Shown: piece by piece, positions 8,167 through 14,237 of the stretch | Numbering within the stretch: position 1 is the first letter of the stretch | How the letters are laid out: each line of letters opens with the position of its first letter | Assembly: GCA_034717975.1 (NCBI GenBank) | Contig: JAYEMF010000044.1 | Location: forward strand, 36,973 to 51,209 | DNA: 14,237 nt | Origin: Campylobacterota bacterium | GTDB taxonomy: Bacteria; Campylobacterota; Campylobacteria; Campylobacterales; Sulfurimonadaceae | Direction of reading: 5' to 3' | The notes under the pieces: model-generated | What the model was told of the DNA's origin: nothing | Seen by the model: only the letters and a program-made list of their open reading frames with translations | The model's database searches: none | Position numbers and translations under genes: made by a program

Positions 8167-8803
8167 CACCTTTATCATTGCCCGGGAAGGGTGGAAGTAT
8201 CTAGGCGCTCTGCTTGGTCTGCTGATCTTGTGTATACTTTTTGATGCAGATATTTTAGAATTTTTGACCTTCGTAGCGTTGCTGGCTGTAGCCTATGTTT
8301 ATCGAAACCTTGAACGTGTTGTCCCCTATTATCAAGAGAGTAGCATTGTAGCTGTTGCCGATGGCAGGATAGAAGGTGTTGAGACGATAGATGAATGTCC
8401 CTTAATGGATGGTGGTCCCTGTTACAAGCTTACTATCTCATCATCATGTCTGGACAGTTCACTGCTTCGTGCACCGATGGATAGTCATCTGAGCTATAAA
8501 GAGGTACGTCGTGGAAACAGGCTTTCACACACGAAACTGTTGGCTGCTTCATTAAATGAGAAGGCACTGTTAAAGTTCACGGGCAGTTCTGAGAATAGTG
8601 TAGTAGTTGACCATCTGTTAGAACAGAGTATAGACGAGTTGTCTCTCTATCTGCAACAAGATAACAAAGTAAACCAGGGAAACCGTTACGGTCTCATGCT
8701 AAAGGGGATGCACACGATCTATCTACCTGAAAATAGCCGTGTGGCAATTAAAGTGGGAGATCGTGTCCGCGCAGGCGAAACACTTCTGGGCTATTTTGCC
8801 TGA
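8156..8803 (+). CDS. Phosphatidylserine decarboxylase-related membrane protein, catalytic residues apparently lost
   Basis: IAREG start, two TM segments, YRNLER, VADG, LRAP, IYLP and KVGDRVRAGETLLG match the short Psd family; the GS cleavage site is replaced by GM. Start is 8153 or 8156; overlaps the ftsH stop. Confidence 0.8.
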   Translation: MRSNTFIIAREGWKYLGALLGLLILCILFDADILEFLTFVALLAVAYVYRNLERVVPYYQESSIVAVADGRIEGVETIDECPLMDGGPCYKLTISSSCLDSSLLRAPMDSHLSYKEVRRGNRLSHTKLLAASLNEKALLKFTGSSENSVVVDHLLEQSIDELSLYLQQDNKVNQGNRYGLMLKGMHTIYLPENSRVAIKVGDRVRAGETLLGYFA

Positions 8804-9030
8804 TCTTTTTTTATAAACATTTTTTTAATCCATCCGAAAAGCAGGCGAAGCACTCCTATCACTCCATAAATGATCAGTGAATAGAGAACAGGGTGGGTGT
8901 GATTTCCCTTCTCCTTCATCAGTGCCAATCGATCTGATGGCGATGAAAGCAGATCGGGATGCATTAGCAGTGCTAAGGCAATTAACATAATGGCATAAAT
9001 GCCCACTTCTCTCATTATGGTTTTTTGCAT
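8791..9030 (-). CDS. Small hypothetical membrane protein (79 aa, 2 predicted TM helices)
   Basis: AAGGA SD 5 nt before ATG; TATAAT on the minus strand at 9060-9065; two hydrophobic stretches flanking an HPDLL...R...HP loop; basic C-terminal tail. Confidence 0.8.
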   Translation of the reverse strand: MQKTIMREVGIYAIMLIALALLMHPDLLSSPSDRLALMKEKGNHTHPVLYSLIIYGVIGVLRLLFGWIKKMFIKKDQAK

Positions 9031-9059
9031 CTCAATCCTTTTTTAAAAAATAATTAATT

Positions 9060-9148
9060 ATTATATTGTTTATAATATGAAAAACGATTTAATCATTGCT
9101 ATTCATTATGGTTTTTGTGGGCCTTTTATAATGATTAGTCGCTATAAT
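9060..9148. promoter_or_regulatory. AT-rich divergent promoter region
   Basis: TATAAT on the minus strand at 9060-9065 and on the plus strand at 9071, 9127 and 9143 (gcTATAAT). Confidence 0.55.
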
Positions 9149-9185
9149 ATCAAAACTTTTAAATAACAAGGTGTGTTTTTTCGCA

Positions 9186-10223
9186 ATGGATTTATTGCTT
9201 TTATACTTTTTTCTAGCCATTGGTGTTTCATTTCTATGTTCCATTCTTGAAGCTGTTCTGCTCTCTATCAACCTCTCTTACGTTTCTGTTCTGGAAAAAG
9301 AGCGTCCAAATGTAGGACGTCTGTTAAAATACCTTAAGGTCAATATCAACAAGTCAATTGCAGCTATTCTGATCTTAAATACAGTGGCGCATACCTTGGG
9401 TGCAGCGGGCGTCGGTGCCCAGGCGGTAGAGGTTTTTGGCGTGGAAGTGATGTTCTATGTATCGGTCATTTTGACATTTGCTATTCTCTTTTTCTCAGAG
9501 ATTATCCCTAAGACGATTGGGGCAGTCTACTGGAAAGAACTGGCACCGGCAGCTGCTTATATGATCCGGTTTTTTATCTGGCTGACTTATCCCATCGTCC
9601 TTATGACGCTCTTTGTCACCAACAGGATTTCAAAAGACAAAGACGGTATAAATTCCCTGACCAAAGCAGAGCTTCTTGAGAGCACATTGATGAGTGAAGG
9701 CGAAGGCGCTATTGATGAAAAAGAGTCCGATGTCATTGAAAATGTTCTTCTGCTTGATGAGATCAAGATCGATGAGATTCTGACACCGCGCAGCGTTGTC
9801 TTCGCCATCGATGAAACGCGGACAATCAAAGAGGTGATGATGATGGAGGAGATCTATCGTTTCTCTCGCGTCCCCCTCTATCATGGGAGTATCGATAATA
9901 TAACCGGCATGATTATGACAAAAAAAATTTTACGCCAGGCACTTCAAGATGACTCTGTGGCTATCGGCACAATAAAGAAAGAGATATTCAAGGTCAACGA
10001 GAATATTCCTGTTTCAAAAGCACTCGATCTTTTTATCAAGAAAAAAGAGCATATGTTTTTGGTACAGGACAGTTACGACCAGACAGAAGGTATTGTGACA
10101 CTTGAAGATTGCATTGAGACACTACTTGGTGTCGAGATCGTTGATGAGAGTGATAATGTTGATGATATGCGTGCCCTGGCTAAACAAAGAATGAAAGCCA
10201 GGCGGAAAGAGAAGGAGAATTAA
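9186..10223 (+). CDS. CNNM/DUF21 transmembrane domain + CBS pair protein (CorB/hemolysin-like family, putative Mg2+/metal homeostasis)
   Basis: SFLCSILEAVLLS, ILILNTVAHTLGA, FSEIIPKTIG, ILTPRSVV, FSRVPLY, GIVTLEDCIETLLGVEIVDESD. No C-terminal CorC_HlyC domain. ATG 9186 preferred over GTG 9171. Confidence 0.92.
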   Translation: MDLLLLYFFLAIGVSFLCSILEAVLLSINLSYVSVLEKERPNVGRLLKYLKVNINKSIAAILILNTVAHTLGAAGVGAQAVEVFGVEVMFYVSVILTFAILFFSEIIPKTIGAVYWKELAPAAAYMIRFFIWLTYPIVLMTLFVTNRISKDKDGINSLTKAELLESTLMSEGEGAIDEKESDVIENVLLLDEIKIDEILTPRSVVFAIDETRTIKEVMMMEEIYRFSRVPLYHGSIDNITGMIMTKKILRQALQDDSVAIGTIKKEIFKVNENIPVSKALDLFIKKKEHMFLVQDSYDQTEGIVTLEDCIETLLGVEIVDESDNVDDMRALAKQRMKARRKEKEN

Positions 10224-10399
10224 GCCTCTCTCAGGTTCTGTGTTTGCCAGTAGTTATTGAGCTTGTTATTGTAGTATTTACATGCGTCTCGTCTATTCAT
10301 CTGTCTAGGCATATTTTGTAAAGGTTTGTAGACAGTCCATTTTCCATCAATCATTTGCATTGACATTTTAATTGATATCCAGTATTCGCCGTATGTCAT
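10220..10399 (-). CDS. Small hypothetical protein, 59 aa, missing from the ORF track
   Basis: Hand translation: MTYGEYWISIKMSMQMIDGKWTVYKPLQNMPRQMNRRDACKYYNNKLNNYWQTQNLREA*. GGA 8 nt upstream of ATG, dedicated promoter, fills the gap and shares TTAA with the convergent stop. Confidence 0.7.
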   Translation of the reverse strand: MTYGEYWISIKMSMQMIDGKWTVYKPLQNMPRQMNRRDACKYYNNKLNNYWQTQNLREA

Positions 10400-10452
10400 T
10401 ATTTCAATCCAGGTTATAGGGGCTTTAGCAGACCCATTGTTTAAGAAGACGA

Positions 10453-10481
10453 ATTATAGCGAGTTTTTTGGCGTCCTTCAA
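10453..10481 (-). promoter_or_regulatory. Near-canonical sigma70 promoter for the 59-aa ORF
   Basis: Minus strand TTGAAG (10481-10476) - 17 nt - TATAAT (10458-10453). Confidence 0.7.
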
Positions 10482-10500
10482 GAGATATTGTAAAAAAAAG

Positions 10501-12840
10501 CTATTTTTCAGTTTTGTTCTGCTTCTCAAAAAGCAATTTATTGGTGTCGACCATGAAGTTGAAGTACTCCGAGATAAACCCACTGTTGCCGATGTGCTCG
10601 AATTGAATGCCTGCCCCATGATTGTTTTTTGCTTCGAGGTAGAGCAGCCCGAGAGCATAGCGGCTCTCTGTATATTTAGAGTCCTTCAATTTGGCCAGTT
10701 CCAGCAGACCGATGGCGTTGGCGGTGTGTGAGGCACCTGTTGAGGCAATAGCTCCAAGGTAGAGAGTCAGGGTGTCCTGTACCTTGTGATTATCAATAAT
10801 TTGATTGTAGAGGGTATAGGCCTCTTCAAATGCCTGATCATAGATAGAAGCGAGTGCCAATGCTGCCATGATATCTTCAGGACTTTCTGTCGTTGAGAGG
10901 AGTTTCTCTTTCAGCTGGACACGTAACGGGTAAAGTTTTCCGGTGATCAGTGCTATCTGAGTGTAGAGAAATCGAGTGATAAATGGACCGAAATAGAGAT
11001 CCTCAAAACCAAACCTCTGCTCTTTTATATAATTCAAAACGCTTTTGGCATACATTTTTTGCGGCATCTCCCCAAAATGGGTATCGATGTAGAGCAGATG
11101 CGGCAAGATATCGTTCGGAAGTTGATAGGTCAGTTTTTCAGCCGCTTTCCTGGCGACATCAGGTTTTGTCAGTTTTTGACCTATCAAGAGATTTAAAACC
11201 AGATAGAGCGGACGCTCCTGATAACTGTTCTCAAGCCATTTAAGTGAACCCACCAGGTTGTCTTCGCTGTAGTTGAGAATGGTGCGGTACAGCTCAAACT
11301 CTTCGCTCTCCTCCTCTTCAGCCAGATTGTCTTTCAGGATGGAACGCATCTTCTCATTTTCCTGATGCGTAAGCTGGGCTGTCATCAGGCTGAATATGCC
11401 GGAGAGGTAATTGTTCGCATCGAGATGATAGGAGCGCAGAAAATGTTTGTGTGCATTGACCATATCACCGATCTGGGCATAGGTCAATGCCAGGTTGTAT
11501 TGCAAGATGGAGTGTCTGGGGTGCAGTTTCAGCAGTGACTTCAGCTGGGAGTTGGCATCACGCAAGCGGAATGAGAGTGCCTTCTTGATAGCCTGGGCAA
11601 TCCCCTGATTGATACTTGAGGTCTTGGAACTTTTACTGAGGTACTCCTTGGCACTGCTGATATCATCTATGTAGATATTGGCTGTACCTTTACGGATATA
11701 ACTAATCGTCTGTTCTGCGTTAAAGATCTTGTAGGGAGCAAAGTAGAAGATCTTATGGTAGTTGATATTCCGCTTTTTTATAAGCTTGTTGCGATACTGC
11801 TCCTGCGCCGCATCAGGATCGAAGAGGGCATCTTTTAAAAAGACTTTGACCGGGTAGAGTGTATAGACCTCTTCGCCATACATATCAGTGAGTGTCCGGA
11901 TCAATTTTCCGGCATCAGCGTGAAGCCCGGATTTGAGATAGACATAGGCCAGGGCAAGCTGCTCCCTGATCGGCTTTGGATTATGTAAAATTGCATCGGA
12001 GAGGTACTGCTTAGCCAGAGTAAGATCACCTATATTGGCATACAGCAGCCCTAATGAAAAAGCATCGCGCTCTTCATAGGGAGCTTCCAGAGTACTCAAT
12101 GCGGCATAACTGTCTCCCATGAGAGCATTGACCCGGGCTCCTATCTGTTTTTTCTCTGTGACATATTCATCCGATGTCGGGTGTTTGAGTGAAAGCAGCA
12201 GTTCAAGATAGTGGCCCTTATAGTAGTTGATCAGGGTATAGTAATAACCATAAAGCGGTGATTTGCTCTCATACGGCAGATAAGCCTGTGCCAGATCGAT
12301 ATAGTACTCGAAGCTTTCCTGCTCATTGAGATGCAGGGCACATACTGCTGCATTGATAGCACTGACACAGCGGTTTTCACCATTGCCAATGGCCCGTTTA
12401 AAAGTCTCAAAGGCACTTTCATATTGGCCCTCTTTGAGTTGTGCAACGCCCAGATTGTATTGCGAGATCGCTTCACTGTAAACGGCGATGCGTTCATAGA
12501 GTGCGAGTGCTGTATCTTTGCTGCCATGACTGTAAAGGAAATTGGCTTTGGCGATCATCTTTTCAAGCTGGCTGGCTTCAACCGGCTCTGTTGTCGGCTG
12601 CTTGAGTTTCTCTTCTAGTTGACCTATGTCCATCTGCTTTTCAGCTTCTTTGTCTGAGGGGAGCATGGCAATGATGATGATAAGAACAAGAAGGAGAAGG
12701 AGTAGGGCGATAGCAGCGATTAAAATGGTTTTTATACGGGAGGAAGAGGTGCCGTCATCGGCTTCGTTTGCAGTTTGATGTTCGACACCGGCCGCATCGG
12801 CCTCGTCGATAATTATTATCTCTTCTTGCTCTTCTGCCAC
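10501..12840 (-). CDS. pflB: Membrane-anchored TPR protein, probable flagellar motor scaffold protein PflB
   Basis: Acidic N-terminal tail, single TM, many TPR-like repeats (ISQYNLGVAQL, ILQYNLALTYAQIG, SRYALGLLYL). Lies directly downstream of serS, as pflB does in C. jejuni and H. pylori. GTG start. Confidence 0.78.
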   Translation of the reverse strand: MAEEQEEIIIIDEADAAGVEHQTANEADDGTSSSRIKTILIAAIALLLLLLVLIIIIAMLPSDKEAEKQMDIGQLEEKLKQPTTEPVEASQLEKMIAKANFLYSHGSKDTALALYERIAVYSEAISQYNLGVAQLKEGQYESAFETFKRAIGNGENRCVSAINAAVCALHLNEQESFEYYIDLAQAYLPYESKSPLYGYYYTLINYYKGHYLELLLSLKHPTSDEYVTEKKQIGARVNALMGDSYAALSTLEAPYEERDAFSLGLLYANIGDLTLAKQYLSDAILHNPKPIREQLALAYVYLKSGLHADAGKLIRTLTDMYGEEVYTLYPVKVFLKDALFDPDAAQEQYRNKLIKKRNINYHKIFYFAPYKIFNAEQTISYIRKGTANIYIDDISSAKEYLSKSSKTSSINQGIAQAIKKALSFRLRDANSQLKSLLKLHPRHSILQYNLALTYAQIGDMVNAHKHFLRSYHLDANNYLSGIFSLMTAQLTHQENEKMRSILKDNLAEEEESEEFELYRTILNYSEDNLVGSLKWLENSYQERPLYLVLNLLIGQKLTKPDVARKAAEKLTYQLPNDILPHLLYIDTHFGEMPQKMYAKSVLNYIKEQRFGFEDLYFGPFITRFLYTQIALITGKLYPLRVQLKEKLLSTTESPEDIMAALALASIYDQAFEEAYTLYNQIIDNHKVQDTLTLYLGAIASTGASHTANAIGLLELAKLKDSKYTESRYALGLLYLEAKNNHGAGIQFEHIGNSGFISEYFNFMVDTNKLLFEKQNKTEK

Positions 12841-12851
12841 GTCCTATTGCC

Positions 12852-14099
12852 TTATCGGAGGTATGGTTTCAATACTTCTGGAATGGTGATGGAACCATCT
12901 TCATTCTGGTTGTTTTCCATAATGGCAACCAGTGTCCGTCCGACAGCGAGGGCAGAACCGTTGAGGGTGTGAACCAGTTGGTTCTTTTTCCCCTCTTTAC
13001 AGCGGATCTTTGCGCGGCGTGCCTGAAAATCACGAGTGTTTGAGATCGAACTGATTTCACGGTAGCTGTTCTGTCCGGGAAGCCACACTTCAAGGTCGAC
13101 CGTTTTTGCGGCACTGAAACCCAGGTCGCCGGTACAGAGATTTACTATGCGGTGCGGAAGTTCAAGGGCTGTGAGCATATCCGAAGCACACTCGACCATG
13201 TCGGTAAAGATTTTGTCACTTTCGTCGGCTTTACTGAGGGTAACCATCTCTACTTTGTAGAACTGATGCTGACGGATCATACCGCGGGTGTCACGACCGG
13301 CCGAACCGGCCTCTTTTCGGAAACATGCGGTAAAACCGGTCATCATGATCGGCAGTTTTTCGGTTGGAAGGATTTCATCCTGAAAAAGATTGGTCAGGGG
13401 AACTTCCGCTGTTGGGATAAGATAGAGATCTTCATCATCGATCTTGAAGAGGTCATCCTCAAATTTCGGGAGCTGTCCCGTACCTTCGAGTGCGCGGCGA
13501 TTGACCAGTTCGGGGACGCTGACCTCAATAAAACCGCGTTTTTGGTTGAAATCGAGCATAAAGTTGATAAGTGCCCGTTCGATTCTTGCCCCCATATCAT
13601 AGGAGACGGAGAAACGGCTTTTGGCCAGTTTGACACCGCGCTCAAAATCGATCCAGCCATTTTGCTCGGCCAGTTCCCAGTGCTCTTTCGGGGTAAAAGA
13701 GAATTCAGGAGGTGTCAGTACTTTTCTGATCTCGACATTATCCTCTTCATTTTCACCGTCGGGAACATCGGCATCGGGAATATTAGGAATACCCATCACA
13801 AGTGAAGTCAGTGCCTCTTCAGCTTCGCGCTGCTGCTCCTGAAGTTCACCAAGTTTGATTTTATTGGTATCTACTTCAGCTTTCAGCTCGCTGATATCTT
13901 TACCTTCACGTTTGTAGAGACCAAAGAGTTTGCTCATCTCATTCTGTTTGGCTTGAGTAGTCTCGTATGCCTGTTTCGCAATTTTTAGTGTTTCGTTTTT
14001 TGTTTTTAAAGTGGCAATAAGCTCTGCAGAGACTTGTTTGCGTTGTAATTGTCTGCTGACATTGTCAAAATCTTTTTCTAGCAGTTTCAGATCGATCAT
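12852..14099 (-). CDS. serS: Serine--tRNA ligase
   Basis: N-terminal coiled-coil arm, [71 protein letters not shown]. Confidence 0.99.
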   Translation of the reverse strand: MIDLKLLEKDFDNVSRQLQRKQVSAELIATLKTKNETLKIAKQAYETTQAKQNEMSKLFGLYKREGKDISELKAEVDTNKIKLGELQEQQREAEEALTSLVMGIPNIPDADVPDGENEEDNVEIRKVLTPPEFSFTPKEHWELAEQNGWIDFERGVKLAKSRFSVSYDMGARIERALINFMLDFNQKRGFIEVSVPELVNRRALEGTGQLPKFEDDLFKIDDEDLYLIPTAEVPLTNLFQDEILPTEKLPIMMTGFTACFRKEAGSAGRDTRGMIRQHQFYKVEMVTLSKADESDKIFTDMVECASDMLTALELPHRIVNLCTGDLGFSAAKTVDLEVWLPGQNSYREISSISNTRDFQARRAKIRCKEGKKNQLVHTLNGSALAVGRTLVAIMENNQNEDGSITIPEVLKPYLR

Positions 14100-14143
14100 C
14101 GGGTTCCTAGCATATATATATGGGTTGATTTAAAATAGGAACG

Positions 14144-14152
14144 ATTATAACA
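14144..14152 (-). promoter_or_regulatory. Extended -10 promoter of serS-pflB
   Basis: Minus strand TGtTATAAT about 45 nt upstream of the serS ATG. Confidence 0.65.
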
Positions 14153-14237
14153 AAAGTAGATTAAAAACTGTGTGATACAGCTTTCTGGTGTATACCCGTA
14201 TACGTCACATCAAGATGTTGAATGCAGTATAAAAAAT

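Noticed and set aside
10391..10441. Fluoride (crcB) riboswitch-like words on the minus strand (CAATGGGTCTGCTAAA...AATGACATAC)
   Set aside because: P1 would have only ~2 bp, the pseudoknot is incomplete and overlaps the start codon, and no fluoride exporter lies downstream. An Rfam cmscan would settle it.
10425..10731. 77-aa and 87-aa ORFs overlapping the pflB 3' end
   Set aside because: Largely overlap pflB and the small-ORF promoter; no SD or motifs.
13152..13805. 217-aa ORF antisense to serS
   Set aside because: Shadow ORF opposite a highly conserved gene.

Overview
Core-genome window from a Campylobacterota (Epsilonproteobacteria) bacterium, probably a Sulfurimonas/Sulfuricurvum-like organism; this is inferred from gene content and order (dimeric dUTPase, cheY-prmA-ftsH-psd-like, serS-pflB). 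In order: two tandem copies of a ~90-nt structured non-coding repeat (possibly cut by the window edge); an apparently leaderless gene encoding a cold-shock-like domain + helical region + atypical receiver domain, overlapping a dimeric dUTPase; a lipid A acyltransferase (-); a structured leader, then hisH-hisA-cheY-prmA-ftsH and a catalytically degenerate phosphatidylserine-decarboxylase homologue; a small membrane protein (-); a CNNM/CBS protein; a 59-aa ORF (-) absent from the ORF track, with its own near-canonical promoter; pflB and serS (-). I see no transposase, integrase, CRISPR array, tRNA or rRNA. The best leads are the covarying tandem repeat, the CSD-pseudoreceiver/dUTPase module, the hidden small ORF, the hisH leader and the pseudo-PSD.
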